50,623 nt of DNA from a virus (lineage: Duplodnaviria; Caudoviricetes), in the IMG/VR virus record IMGVR_UViG_3300027863_000904, positions 1-50,623 of that record; one strand, given 5' to 3'. Below are positions 18,222 through 28,768 of this stretch, piece by piece. How positions within the stretch are numbered: position 1 is the stretch's first letter; every line of letters begins with the position of its first letter. The notes beneath the pieces were generated by a model. The model was given only the letters and a program-made list of their open reading frames with translations. It did not search any database and was not told the DNA's origin. The position numbers were made by a program, and so were the translations under genes.

Positions 18222-18779
18222 ATGGAGTTTGTAGCGCTGGAAGGAACAAATTTGAAGCTTGTTTTGCATGCGTTGCAGAAAGCTCCTCGTGAGGCCCGAG
18301 GAGGTATGATTGATGGCCTTGACAAAGCAGCAACGATTTTGGAAAGAACTGCACGACGCATTGTCTATCGAGGCTATCCAATGGGGCTTCGCGCTGGAAC
18401 TGGTAGGCTTCGTCAGTCCATCACTCATGAAGTAAGTCATTTGCAGATGTATGCAGTTGTGGGGACTAATGTCATATACGCCCCTGTTCATGAGTTTGGA
18501 GCGACTATTACGCCTAAGCAAGCAAAAGCACTTGCAATTCCAGTTGGCACTTTCAAAGGATCTCCTTTGCGTTTCAAAAGTTTGACACGTGTTCCTGGAG
18601 GACTTATGGATCCAACTGGTACGATGCAATACATTTTCATCAATAGTGTTAAGATACCTGCACGTCCTTTCTTGCGTCCTGCTTTGATAATGAGTATGCA
18701 TGAGATGACTAACGCAATCATGGAGGGCATTGCTGCCCGTCTCAATGCTAACTGGGAGCATATTGCAGAATGGCAATAA
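18222..18779 (+). CDS. neck/tail completion protein (HK97 gp10/Mu gpG-like)
   Basis: TGRLRQSI, VGTNVIYAPVHEFG, IPARPFLRP. Confidence 0.85.
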   Translation: MEFVALEGTNLKLVLHALQKAPREARGGMIDGLDKAATILERTARRIVYRGYPMGLRAGTGRLRQSITHEVSHLQMYAVVGTNVIYAPVHEFGATITPKQAKALAIPVGTFKGSPLRFKSLTRVPGGLMDPTGTMQYIFINSVKIPARPFLRPALIMSMHEMTNAIMEGIAARLNANWEHIAEWQ

Positions 18780-19186
18780 ATGACATAGTCAATTCACTTG
18801 TGACAAAACTCAGGGAAGCCGGGGCGGCTCAGCACGTTGAAGCATATTGGCGCACTGATCCTCCGACAGGCTTGACGGTTTATGTTCAGCCACAGTCTGA
18901 GGGAGCTGAGCAGGCCTTGTCAATGAGTGATTTTGATATTCCAGCTACTGTTAGCGTCATTATAGAGACACCTTGGAAGTCACCAGAAACAGAAGGTCCT
19001 AAGCTTATTGGAGCTGTGGAAGTTTTGAAACAAGTCATAGCAAACAATAGATGCTTGCTTGAGAGCCATGTTACTATGTTTGGCGGTGTCAATTATATGT
19101 TTGCTCAGCGTCCGGGACGGACAACGCCTTGCATGATTGCTGATTGCACCGTTCAGTTTATAATTCCACAAAGGGGTGGTAGATAA
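18770..19186 (+). CDS. putative tail terminator
   Basis: Gene order and size. Confidence 0.55.
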   Translation: MAINDIVNSLVTKLREAGAAQHVEAYWRTDPPTGLTVYVQPQSEGAEQALSMSDFDIPATVSVIIETPWKSPETEGPKLIGAVEVLKQVIANNRCLLESHVTMFGGVNYMFAQRPGRTTPCMIADCTVQFIIPQRGGR

Positions 19187-19353
19187 TGGCTGATATGTAT
19201 ATTGCTAAAGAACGTATCGGTCCATATAGTCCTGGTGACGTTATTCATGATGGTGATGTTGATTTGTATGTGCGTTTGTACAGTCGCTTTCTTGAGAAAA
19301 TTGAAGCTGATGATGAGCCAGCAGGCCTAGTACAACTTGAGGAGAGTGAGTAA
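19186..19353 (+). CDS. 55-aa hypothetical protein (not in ORF track)
   Basis: TAATG overlap with the previous gene; MADMYIAKERIGPYSPGDVIHDG...EESE; fills the gap before the tail tube gene. Confidence 0.7.
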   Translation: MADMYIAKERIGPYSPGDVIHDGDVDLYVRLYSRFLEKIEADDEPAGLVQLEESE

Positions 19354-19354
19354 T

Positions 19355-20218
19355 ATGGCAGTAGGTCTGAATCAATGTGCAGAGTTTGATATCACGGGAT
19401 CTTCCTCTTGGCAAGCATTTGATCAAGTCACAGGAGGACATTTGACGATTGACGGAGGTGAGGTTGCACAAAGCGTTGGCCTTGGTGGACTAGCGTTGGT
19501 TCATCGAGGAATGGTTACTCCCACCGGTTCTGCTACTACTACATTGCAGACTGGAACACTTCTTAGTTATATCAAGCCAAGTGCTATTGGAGAGTTACCT
19601 CCTAAAATTTCTTCCATTCGCGGAGGATTGGTAGGTACTACGAACGGGGCAATGGTGCAAACGGATTGCTATCTTCGCAGTTTGAAGCTTTCGTGTGAAA
19701 CAGGTGGGGTTGTAGATGCTGCTTATGAGTGGATTGCTCAAAGCGCTGAATATACCACCATTACTAGCCCCGCTCCAAAGCAGACAGGTTTGCCTTTTGT
19801 TTGGCATAAAGCTACTGTTGAACTAGGTGGGGCTGGATATAAATGCACTAGTTGGGAGGTTACAATTACTAATGCGCTTGCCGCTAGGACCTCTCTAGAT
19901 GAGAAAACTGCTGGAAAACAGAGATTGCCGGAATGGATTGATCCTGGCAATTTTGAAATCACGGCTAGTTTTCGATTTGCTTTGCCGCTAGATATCAATT
20001 TGCTGAGTGATTGTCCTGAAACAATTGGTTTTGTTGCAACTGTTCAGAACTGTGAACAGACGCCTAAGACATTGACGGTTGATTTGACAGGTGGTTCGAA
20101 ATTGTATATCAACAGTCAACCAATTGAATTTGTGGCGGCTGCTAATGAAGTTATTTGGAGTGTAACTGCTGTTAGTAAGATGAATGACTTGAGCGTGTTG
20201 ACTCTAAGTCTTGAGTAA
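19355..20218 (+). CDS. major tail tube protein
   Basis: Gene order, T/G/S-rich beta composition; start ATG after GGAG. Confidence 0.7.
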   Translation: MAVGLNQCAEFDITGSSSWQAFDQVTGGHLTIDGGEVAQSVGLGGLALVHRGMVTPTGSATTTLQTGTLLSYIKPSAIGELPPKISSIRGGLVGTTNGAMVQTDCYLRSLKLSCETGGVVDAAYEWIAQSAEYTTITSPAPKQTGLPFVWHKATVELGGAGYKCTSWEVTITNALAARTSLDEKTAGKQRLPEWIDPGNFEITASFRFALPLDINLLSDCPETIGFVATVQNCEQTPKTLTVDLTGGSKLYINSQPIEFVAAANEVIWSVTAVSKMNDLSVLTLSLE

Positions 20219-20230
20219 TAGGAGGTTTAT

Positions 20231-20554
20231 ATGGGCGACGACGGTCTCCGTGAACTTGCAGAGTTGTCAGGAAAAGGTCCACGCAAGGTAGTAGGTCATT
20301 TCAGTTGTGGTGATATTGAACTTGCTCCTCCGTCTCTTATGCAGTTGGTTGAACTTGAAAAGAGTGGGTTGAAGGATTTGTTTTCTGTTGAATATATGGC
20401 TGCTTTTGTACATGCGGCTGCCGTAAAAGCTGGATCAAAACTTACACGTGAGGAGTTTATGAATAGACTTGACTTTAGTGATTTGCCAGAATTGGGGAGG
20501 GTTATTGAACTCCTAAACCCCCCGCAAGAAAATCGGGAGACGGGAAGTACGTAG
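20231..20554 (+). CDS. tail assembly chaperone (G)
   Basis: Lies between tail tube and tape measure genes; strong RBS. Confidence 0.75.
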   Translation: MGDDGLRELAELSGKGPRKVVGHFSCGDIELAPPSLMQLVELEKSGLKDLFSVEYMAAFVHAAAVKAGSKLTREEFMNRLDFSDLPELGRVIELLNPPQENRETGST

Positions 20555-20760
20555 CTGGTGATTGGACACAATTTGTTTGGGCCTTGTTGACGAAGACGTC
20601 ATTGAAGATAGATGACATTATGCAGCTTGATTTGTGGCAAGTTCGTCGACTTGGGACCCAACTTGAAATTGAAGCCCGTCTTCCTGAGATTGCTGAACAT
20701 GGTGCACTTGCGGTGAGGGATTTTATACGACTAAAGTATGAGGAGTTAGATTATGCCTGA
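20515..20760 (+). CDS. tail assembly chaperone -1 frameshift extension (GT)
   Basis: Slippery A AAC CCC at 20515-20521; -1 frame open to TGA 20758-20760 (PARKSGDGKYVAGDWTQFVW...ELDYA). Confidence 0.75.
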   Translation, partial: KPPARKSGDGKYVAGDWTQFVWALLTKTSLKIDDIMQLDLWQVRRLGTQLEIEARLPEIAEHGALAVRDFIRLKYEELDYA

Positions 20761-23380
20761 CGAGATGAGAGTTAGTATAGTCATCAGAGCAGTTGACAGA
20801 GCGTCAGGCCCCATGTCTCGTATTGGAGCAACTTTTCGCAGTCTAGAGGAAGACGCTAAGAAGTTACAAGCGGGGTTGCAGGAAAATACTAGAGAGTGGA
20901 AAGCAACTGCAACAACACTAAATTCTATAGCTAACGTATATGCTGTGGTTGGTGGCGCTATAGTTGGCGCTGTTACAGCAATAAGCGCGGCCGGTGTCAA
21001 GGCAGGTGAATCTGTTCATGATGCTGCGTCGCGTTTTATGATGAGTGCAGAAACATATACCGCGCTTGCAGCGGCAGCTGATCAAGTTCATGCTTCTATT
21101 GATTCAATGGGCATTGGTATGCTAAGGCTTTCACGGGCTGCCGGTGCTGCGGCTAGAGGAAATGAGACGGCGGCGTCTTCATTTAGAAGGCTTGGTATTA
21201 ATATCTATGACAGTTCTGGACATTTGAAAAATCAAGAGCAACTGCTTTATGAAGCGGCGGATGCTATTTCAAGGATTAAGTCACCTACTGAACGCGCCGC
21301 CGCTGCCTGGTCATTGTTCTCAAGAAATGCAAGAGGCTTGCTCCCGCTACTAGCTCAAGGGAGTAAAGGTATTAAGGAATTGGAGCAAAGAGCTAAAGAG
21401 TTTGGAGCTCAGATGTCCTCAAGGACAGCAGCCTCAGTAGATATGCTTGGTGACAGGCTTCGGCTTCTGCGGGCTGGTATGGGGAATGTGGCTGCTACTA
21501 TTGCTGGTCAATTAGCGCCTACAATTATAGTACTTGTTAATCATTATGGTCATTTTAACGCATGGTTGCAACGCGTAGCTGAAAGGCACCCCACACTGAT
21601 TAAGGTTATGACGGCTTTGGCCCTTACAATTGGTGGTCTTAGTCTAGTTATTGGGGCGTTTCTTAAGAGTCTTGTGTCATTGGTTAGGGCTTATGAAGCC
21701 CTTCAAATCGTTATTCATTCTACAGTCTATGCAAAGCTTAAGGATGTATCTGCCTCTGTTGCTGCTGCTTTGGCTAACACCGCGCTAGGTAAGGCGGTGC
21801 TGTGGGTAGCAAGTACATTTACAAAGTTGTGGACATCCATTTTTGGACCTGCCGGTAAAGTTATCGCAGTTATTCTTGTTATTGCTGGTGCAATATATGG
21901 CCTATATAAAGCTTGGAGAGGCTACAAAAATGAGGTAGATGAAGTAAAAGATTCTATCAAAGAAGCACAAGATGCAATGGCAAAAGCTAAAGAATCAATG
22001 AATGAGCTTGATGATTCAACTAAAGGTTCAAGTCTTACAATGGTAGATAGTGTACAGGCCACAAAGGAGTTGGCGGATGCACTAGATAATCTAGAAATGG
22101 CTGAGAGGCGTGTGAGGGATGCTACAAAAGAGCTTCGAGACGCTCAAGCAGATCTGCCTCGCGCAGAGCGTGATGCAGCTAGAGAAATCAGAGATGCACA
22201 AGAAAGTGTAGCAGATGCTCAAGAACAGTTGGATGAGGCATATAGAAAGTCTGCAGAGGAAAGACGCAACGCGGTAGATAAAATTTATAAGGCAGAAGAA
22301 AAATATCAGGAAGAAGTTGAGGATGCACAACGTTCAATTGAAGATGCAGAAACGCGATTGGCTGAAAAATTATTAGACGCAGCAGATGATGAAGCAAAGG
22401 CGAAAGATAAGGTTAGAGAGGCAAATGATAGACTCATAGAGAGTGAAAAAGAACTAGAAGAAGCGTCTAGATCTGCTGAAGAACGTATATCTGAGGCTAT
22501 GAAGCGCGGCGCAGAGCGTATTGAAGCGGCCAAAAAGCGTCTGCGTGAAATTCAGATGAAGATGGCTGGGTATGAAGAGCCGGAGGAAGTACGTCTTGCT
22601 AGAGAGCTTCAAGAGGCGAAGAAGGAGTTGGAAGGAGCAAGACAAGAGGCAGCAGAGAATGTAAGAAAAGCATTGGATGAGGGTAAGAAGGAAGTAGAAC
22701 GGGCTCAAAAGCGAGTTGAGGAAGCAGAAAAAGCAAAGAAAGAAGCAGAAGAAGAACTTGAAAAAGAAAGACGAAAAGCAAGTCAAGAAATTGCTCAGTT
22801 GCAAAAAGAAGTTGAGGATGCTAGAAGAAAAGCACAGAAGCGGTTGGATGAGGCACGTCAAGAAATAGACAAAGCACGTGATGAAGCTGTCAAGCAGCAG
22901 CAAGAATCAGAGAAAAGAATACGTGAAGCAGAGCGACAGCTTCGCAATGCGATAGAAGCATATGCTAGAGCACAAGAAACGGCTGCAAATCGTGTTGCAG
23001 CTGCAGTGGATAGAATTACGAAAGCCGTTGAAGGGCTTCGTGATGCTGAAAAATCACTAGCTAAGACTAGGGAAGATGTTGCTAAAGCTCGACAGCAAGT
23101 GGAAGAAGCAAACCAGTCTGGTAAAAGCGGCTCCACAAATGTGGCCAATCAGCAGCCGACTAACTACCAGACTAGTGGAACTGCACAGCCAATTACGCCA
23201 GCTCCAGCTGGAACAAGTAGTCCTGGGTCAGTTGTTCCAAGGGCTGGCGCTTATAGTGCTTATGTTGCAAACCAAACAGTCACGGTGAATTTCAACGCAC
23301 CTATTTATGGTGAGCAATTCATTAGAGAAGTAGCACGAAATGAAGTCCTATCAATAATTCATCAAGCTAGGTTTTCATGA
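20753..23380 (+). CDS. tape measure protein
   Basis: IVIRAVDRASGP start, Ala-rich helices, hydrophobic middle, long E/K/A/R coiled coil. Confidence 0.9.
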   Translation: MPDEMRVSIVIRAVDRASGPMSRIGATFRSLEEDAKKLQAGLQENTREWKATATTLNSIANVYAVVGGAIVGAVTAISAAGVKAGESVHDAASRFMMSAETYTALAAAADQVHASIDSMGIGMLRLSRAAGAAARGNETAASSFRRLGINIYDSSGHLKNQEQLLYEAADAISRIKSPTERAAAAWSLFSRNARGLLPLLAQGSKGIKELEQRAKEFGAQMSSRTAASVDMLGDRLRLLRAGMGNVAATIAGQLAPTIIVLVNHYGHFNAWLQRVAERHPTLIKVMTALALTIGGLSLVIGAFLKSLVSLVRAYEALQIVIHSTVYAKLKDVSASVAAALANTALGKAVLWVASTFTKLWTSIFGPAGKVIAVILVIAGAIYGLYKAWRGYKNEVDEVKDSIKEAQDAMAKAKESMNELDDSTKGSSLTMVDSVQATKELADALDNLEMAERRVRDATKELRDAQADLPRAERDAAREIRDAQESVADAQEQLDEAYRKSAEERRNAVDKIYKAEEKYQEEVEDAQRSIEDAETRLAEKLLDAADDEAKAKDKVREANDRLIESEKELEEASRSAEERISEAMKRGAERIEAAKKRLREIQMKMAGYEEPEEVRLARELQEAKKELEGARQEAAENVRKALDEGKKEVERAQKRVEEAEKAKKEAEEELEKERRKASQEIAQLQKEVEDARRKAQKRLDEARQEIDKARDEAVKQQQESEKRIREAERQLRNAIEAYARAQETAANRVAAAVDRITKAVEGLRDAEKSLAKTREDVAKARQQVEEANQSGKSGSTNVANQQPTNYQTSGTAQPITPAPAGTSSPGSVVPRAGAYSAYVANQTVTVNFNAPIYGEQFIREVARNEVLSIIHQARFS

Positions 23381-23388
23381 GGTGAATA

Positions 23389-24333
23389 ATGCCTGGCGTT
23401 GCTACTCAGACAACAGGACAAGGTGGAAGTGTAAGCGGAACCTTTACATTACTTAATGCGCATGAGAGTTTCGGTGAAGGACGGCCGCCGGTTGCTTCTG
23501 CTACAGTAGAATTCGGTGGAATTTCTATTGGACTTTCGCCGGCATGGTGGGATGCGGAGAATAATCTTTATGTTTGCATGGCTCCTCTCCTTACTTTTCC
23601 TACGGGGTCACTTCCGAATGAACAGTACGAAGAAGGAAAACGACCTTTTGTTGCATGGTATTCACTAGCAGGTGATACAGAAGAATATGCTGTGTGGGGG
23701 TATACCGTTGTAGCTCGATTATACGCTGGAGTAGACCCCATTCCATGGACAGTATCAGCTAATTACTATATTTCAATTACCGGTGAAAGAATATATCGAA
23801 GCCGTTCAGCCTCTCCTGGTGGAAGTAGATCAGCTGCTCCTGTTTATGCTTGTGAGACAAGTGTTGAAGATGTTTGGCTCCTTGACAGACCGGCTACTGC
23901 TTTTGTCAACTGTGGTGGTGCTTCAGCACAAGTCATTCAAGTGTGGAGTGACAGGTATGAGAACTGGGAGCCTTTCATAACACAGGGAGAGCAAGTAATG
24001 CTTGGTTGTAATACATTTGGGGGTATTGCCGGAACAGAATATGCAAGTATAAGTCTCACATGGTCTAATGTTGATGTTGACTTCTCTCATCGTTATAGTG
24101 ACAGAACTCAATGGTATCTTCATGGATATCAAAACACAGTCATGTTCAGAGCCATGCAAACCCATACTGCTACATTGACAAATAATGTGTTTTATGGCAG
24201 GCCTCTCATATTGGACTTCAGCAATTTCACTGTACGTGATCGTACTGGAAATATTGTAAACGTTAGAATACAAGGGCCTTTTAGAGCTAGCAAACGCGTG
24301 CCACAATCATTGACTTGGAGTACGGAGCCATAG
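23389..24333 (+). CDS. putative tail protein
   Basis: Follows the tape measure gene; beta-rich. Confidence 0.55.
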   Translation: MPGVATQTTGQGGSVSGTFTLLNAHESFGEGRPPVASATVEFGGISIGLSPAWWDAENNLYVCMAPLLTFPTGSLPNEQYEEGKRPFVAWYSLAGDTEEYAVWGYTVVARLYAGVDPIPWTVSANYYISITGERIYRSRSASPGGSRSAAPVYACETSVEDVWLLDRPATAFVNCGGASAQVIQVWSDRYENWEPFITQGEQVMLGCNTFGGIAGTEYASISLTWSNVDVDFSHRYSDRTQWYLHGYQNTVMFRAMQTHTATLTNNVFYGRPLILDFSNFTVRDRTGNIVNVRIQGPFRASKRVPQSLTWSTEP

Positions 24334-24336
24334 AAT

Positions 24337-26430
24337 ATGGCAAATGTTGGAGACACCGTTTATCCAACAGTAGAGCAACTTAGAAGTGTGGGTGTCTATA
24401 TCCAAGCCTGCGGCCTTATTTCTGGCATGGATTATGAGGAAGGGTATGACGCAGGAGAATTCATTGTTTCTGATACGATGGCGCTTTCAATTACAGAGGA
24501 AAGCGCTAAAGAGCTTGGCTTGGATCCGGTTGACCTCACTATTGAATTGTGGGCTCCTTGGGCAGATGCTACTGATTGCCATAGTTCTTATAGTTTTGTG
24601 CGCAATATGGTACATCTTGGCCATATGTCACCAGTGCCAATTCATGGCCCTCATCCAGCGCATAGCTTTACTGATTGGGTTGGCATAGGTCGTGTTGGCC
24701 AAGTTTCAGAAATTCAAGGAGAAAGCCGAGAAACTACTCGCGGCAGATTTACAGTAGAGGCAGGAACCGGTGAAGCCGCGGTCAAGTTACAGTTAGCTTG
24801 TAACTATGATGTGAGGTTGGCGGCGGTGTGGGAGGAAAACTTTCCGGACGTGGAAGGTCTTCCCGGTTCCTGCCCTCTTATTTATTGGTACCGTAAGGCA
24901 GATACGTTTCATGCTTGGGATGGACATGAGAGGCCAAAAGGTGGTATATGGTCAGAGCCTTATGAGGCTGTTTATGCGTGGAATGGTTTTCCTGTCTTAA
25001 GAGTAGTTTTCACTCCTCCAGAAAATTGGCAACCTTATCCTCATCAGAAACTTACTCTTGAACTGATTGCGAAAAGTTATTTCTATACTGATTTGCATTT
25101 CTACGGCACTGACATAATGGGTGATACGCGGCAAACAACTTTTGAGTACAGTTCCGTAGATCATACTTATACTTATGAAGCAGAGATAAAGAGGGCAGAT
25201 GAAACAAGATATTACTGTGATTTCTATATTGCTGTACAGGAAAACGTTGTTCCTGAACTTGATCGTGTTGTTAGTGTCAAAATTGGAGGATGGGATACAG
25301 GAACATGGGAGTTTTATGAGCCTTTGCTTATGCGTGATCCGCAAGTAACAACTGAGCCGCATGTTGCGATAAAAGCTTTTGAAGCCCCACAAGCAAGGTA
25401 CCGGGTTGGAGGTATTAGCGCAATAGTAGACAGTTCATTCTTGAAAGCATTATGGGCTGGAGACAATGATCATGGAAATGTAGCAGAATTAACAGTTCCA
25501 TTCTTTGATCATGTTGAAAGTCCTAACTTTGAGATTGATGTTACTGCTGCTTTTGACCTGGCAGGTTTTTGTGATCGTTTGAATCATATCAGTGATGCAT
25601 GGTCATGTAGCCTAGATATAGGTATGTGGCAGTCTGCATGTATGGATCAAAACAACAACACTTTGGGTACTTGGTGTTTTGATATTAGCGCTCCTTTAGA
25701 AGTCTTCCCTGAGGAAGCAATCACGCCTTGGACGCTTCCTGTTTGTCTAAGATGCGGATCATGGAAATTAGCACGTGGTGTTAAGTGTGCTATTCTGAGT
25801 GATAAAGTAGTCGGAGGAAAACTGCATGGGACTGCTGTTCAGAACAAGCTGCCATATAGAAACAGCATTGTATGTGATGTTCATAGACGTATTCAGCTAG
25901 GTCCATGGTCTTTGTATCAAAGCAACGTATCAACAGGAGCTGCAGGCCATTGGAGATCTGCGTCACTAGTAGAATTCATTGAACCAGACTGCACTGATAT
26001 GTATCATTATGCCGTAAGTCCTCCTGGAAATGAAAATCTATATCCGGGTGAAATCACTTGGGCTGCGGTAAGAGAATGGGTAACGCTTCCTATTAATGTT
26101 AGTGTGGTTCATAAGGTATGGAGGAAAATAGCCATGTTTCGTAGTCCTTTTGGAGGCGTCATTCATTATGCTTGGATTGATGACAAAGGACGAATTATTT
26201 TCAATCGTATTGATCAAGGAGAAAACGTTCCGGGCGAACCTGTTATTGTAGATACTAGTGGAGCATATGACAGTGTAGACACTGAAACAGATGGTGCTAC
26301 TTATTACATTATTGCTAGAGTAAGTGGAAATGATTCATCCGTGTCTAGAAGAGGAAAACCATATGTTTTTCTGAGTCATGATGCTGGACTTACTTGGGAA
26401 GGGCCTTATGAAGTGGGGGGTACGTCATGA
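24337..26430 (+). CDS. putative tail protein with a C-terminal BNR/Asp-box
   Basis: Position; SHDAGLTW Asp-box. Confidence 0.55.
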   Translation: MANVGDTVYPTVEQLRSVGVYIQACGLISGMDYEEGYDAGEFIVSDTMALSITEESAKELGLDPVDLTIELWAPWADATDCHSSYSFVRNMVHLGHMSPVPIHGPHPAHSFTDWVGIGRVGQVSEIQGESRETTRGRFTVEAGTGEAAVKLQLACNYDVRLAAVWEENFPDVEGLPGSCPLIYWYRKADTFHAWDGHERPKGGIWSEPYEAVYAWNGFPVLRVVFTPPENWQPYPHQKLTLELIAKSYFYTDLHFYGTDIMGDTRQTTFEYSSVDHTYTYEAEIKRADETRYYCDFYIAVQENVVPELDRVVSVKIGGWDTGTWEFYEPLLMRDPQVTTEPHVAIKAFEAPQARYRVGGISAIVDSSFLKALWAGDNDHGNVAELTVPFFDHVESPNFEIDVTAAFDLAGFCDRLNHISDAWSCSLDIGMWQSACMDQNNNTLGTWCFDISAPLEVFPEEAITPWTLPVCLRCGSWKLARGVKCAILSDKVVGGKLHGTAVQNKLPYRNSIVCDVHRRIQLGPWSLYQSNVSTGAAGHWRSASLVEFIEPDCTDMYHYAVSPPGNENLYPGEITWAAVREWVTLPINVSVVHKVWRKIAMFRSPFGGVIHYAWIDDKGRIIFNRIDQGENVPGEPVIVDTSGAYDSVDTETDGATYYIIARVSGNDSSVSRRGKPYVFLSHDAGLTWEGPYEVGGTS

Positions 26431-28568
26431 GTTACGTGCGGGCAAACGTAAAGGTTGTCATAGACAACCCTCACTGTGATGGCTTGGTCAAGAAATATGG
26501 AATAGGTGTAAATTGGGAAGCAACTGACTATGCTACAACGCTAACGTCAGGGAAAATTACGCCTGATATTGGCACAAATTATGGGTGGTATCTTGAACCG
26601 GATTTTGAATACTTAGGAGACAGCAGGAGTATTGGACCAAGGGGCACCATACAGCGTACGGATATGAATTTGTCAGACTGGATTCAAACAGGAGATTGGC
26701 GTTTAGGTGAAAAATCCGGTCTGTTTGATGTAAGGTTACTTCATTGCTATACAGCCTCTCCTGCTAGAATTACCGCAAAGGATGTACTAGGGCCTAATGT
26801 TGATATTTCTATATGGCGTGGAGGAAAACCAAACGGGAGTAACGTACTACCTGTTGTAGGAATTGACTTTTTGGATGAAGCAGGAAACAGATATACAGCA
26901 TTAATTCCTGCAAAGGGACAAGGCGGTCAGTGGTGGAATGAATTGACAGGTTTAGACAGCAACTCAGAATTAGATCACCCTGTTTTGCTTGCAAGGGCTC
27001 CTGGTCAGAAAGCCGTAGTGCTTAGCGCCGCGTCTGCTCAAAAATCATTGGACTGGAGCCTTGTTGGTCAAGTTGGCGGTATATATCAGATTATTCATGT
27101 TCGATATGAAGTAGGAATGTTGATTGTTTCATTCGGAGGTCATGACACAAGTAGAGATAGTACGTTGATGTTTTCAGGAAGCTGGATAGATGAAGAGAGA
27201 AAACATCATTCATTCTCAATTTATACATTTGATAGCGTTTGGTGCCTAGGTCACCAAATTATGGTTGGTGTTTGGCCTGTTCAGTATAAGAGTGAAGCAG
27301 TTCTCAAGCCGCGTACTCGTATCTTCATTCCTGATGCTTGCAATTTCAACTCAACTGTTCCTGTGGTGATAAAAGATGAGCCTCCGGGAACAAGTATTGA
27401 GGTTCAAATTGATAACAATGAAAATGATAAGTCAACAGCTCCTATAGCTACATTCAACAGTACCGGGTCATTTAGACCAACGCTTGTACGAATTTGTCAA
27501 GTGTTTCCTACAGTGTGGGAGGCTGGTACAAGTAATCCACGAAGTACTGGAAATAGACACATAGTATCAGCAAGCGGTGAGATTAACAAGGACTGGAAAG
27601 GCAGCACTTGTAAGCTGACTTTTGTGTCAACTATTGGTACGCCTGTTTATCCTATTCCTGTCGGTTCCAAAATGATTGTAGATGTAGGAGCGACAGGTGG
27701 CACATATTGGAGGCAGTTTACTGGGTACGCTTCTTCTCCTGAGTTTTCTAAGCCTGAACGTGTACTTGCAGCACGAGTGACTACAGAGTGTGTAGATCTC
27801 ATAGATGCAAGATTGCGTAGAAAGTCAGCAGGTTGGTTGCCGGTGTTTGATGGATGGCCCCTTGCTGAAGCTTGGACGACTGTTCTTGACTTGTTTACAG
27901 TACCTTCAGCTTTGATTGATACGTCGCAGATACCTGCTGGCCTTTCGCTTCCGTACACTGTAGGCGCTGAACCACAATTCAAGTTTAAACCTGATGCTGA
28001 AGCCGTTTCTGTGCTTGATACAATTGCTAATGCTATGGGATTGGAATGGGGAGTGGGGGTTGACGGAAGGATTTTTCTTCGCCGCCCACTTACGTATTCA
28101 GGAACACCTGATATTGACTTGGAAGACCACCCGGTAGAAGATGCAAAAATCATTACCAATATCAGAAGCGTTTTCAGCTTTTCAGAGTTCAGAAACTTCT
28201 TGGAAGTGATTGCCGGGTCTGGAGAAAATGCTGTAGCTAAGACATATATAGACGTCAGTAGCTATTCTGATCCAGAAAGCCCCACGTTCATAGGGGACTT
28301 TCTTCCTCGTTATATAATGACACAGAATGGAAATGATATAGATAGAATTGCAGCTAAGCTATGGAGAGAAGCGAAATCATGGCATGTTACTGTAGAATTT
28401 ACGCTTCATGATTTACCTCAGATAATTCCTGGGCACTACATTCGAGGGCACTGGTACAATATTGGCCTTCCTAATAATGTAATCTTGCGCGTCATAGGTA
28501 AGTCATGGGAAATTGATTTGGCCACGGGTCGTTATACACAACGTATAACTGCTGTAAAGGAAGCATAG
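26427..28568 (+). CDS. putative tail tip/hub protein
   Basis: WRQFTGY, VLDTIANAMGLEWGVGVDGRIFLR and IIPGHYI patterns typical of hub proteins. Confidence 0.6.
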   Translation: MSYVRANVKVVIDNPHCDGLVKKYGIGVNWEATDYATTLTSGKITPDIGTNYGWYLEPDFEYLGDSRSIGPRGTIQRTDMNLSDWIQTGDWRLGEKSGLFDVRLLHCYTASPARITAKDVLGPNVDISIWRGGKPNGSNVLPVVGIDFLDEAGNRYTALIPAKGQGGQWWNELTGLDSNSELDHPVLLARAPGQKAVVLSAASAQKSLDWSLVGQVGGIYQIIHVRYEVGMLIVSFGGHDTSRDSTLMFSGSWIDEERKHHSFSIYTFDSVWCLGHQIMVGVWPVQYKSEAVLKPRTRIFIPDACNFNSTVPVVIKDEPPGTSIEVQIDNNENDKSTAPIATFNSTGSFRPTLVRICQVFPTVWEAGTSNPRSTGNRHIVSASGEINKDWKGSTCKLTFVSTIGTPVYPIPVGSKMIVDVGATGGTYWRQFTGYASSPEFSKPERVLAARVTTECVDLIDARLRRKSAGWLPVFDGWPLAEAWTTVLDLFTVPSALIDTSQIPAGLSLPYTVGAEPQFKFKPDAEAVSVLDTIANAMGLEWGVGVDGRIFLRRPLTYSGTPDIDLEDHPVEDAKIITNIRSVFSFSEFRNFLEVIAGSGENAVAKTYIDVSSYSDPESPTFIGDFLPRYIMTQNGNDIDRIAAKLWREAKSWHVTVEFTLHDLPQIIPGHYIRGHWYNIGLPNNVILRVIGKSWEIDLATGRYTQRITAVKEA

Positions 28569-28569
28569 A

Positions 28570-28767
28570 ATGATTGAACGAATTGAAGTTTCTTCAATGC
28601 TTCACAATATGATAAATCAAGGGTTCAGAGGCTTTCCTGGAACCCCTATGCGGCATGTTTTCGGACCTGCTGGTGACTTAGTGATAATTGCTACACTAGG
28701 AACTATGGCAGAGGAAGGAAAAATTCCTGATCTAACTGAGCGTGCTTTGTTAGGCAGGGAGGAATAA
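28570..28767 (+). CDS. hypothetical protein
   Basis: Tightly packed ORF. Confidence 0.65.
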   Translation: MIERIEVSSMLHNMINQGFRGFPGTPMRHVFGPAGDLVIIATLGTMAEEGKIPDLTERALLGREE

Positions 28768-28768
28768 C

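Noticed and set aside
22091-23148. Multiple minus-strand ORFs in the tape measure gene
   Set aside because: They are antisense shadows of the low-complexity coiled-coil coding sequence.
24331-24339. In-frame TAG between two tail ORFs suggesting readthrough or recoding
   Set aside because: The downstream ATG has its own GGAG RBS, and TAG is a normal stop elsewhere in the genome, so there is no sign of an alternative code.
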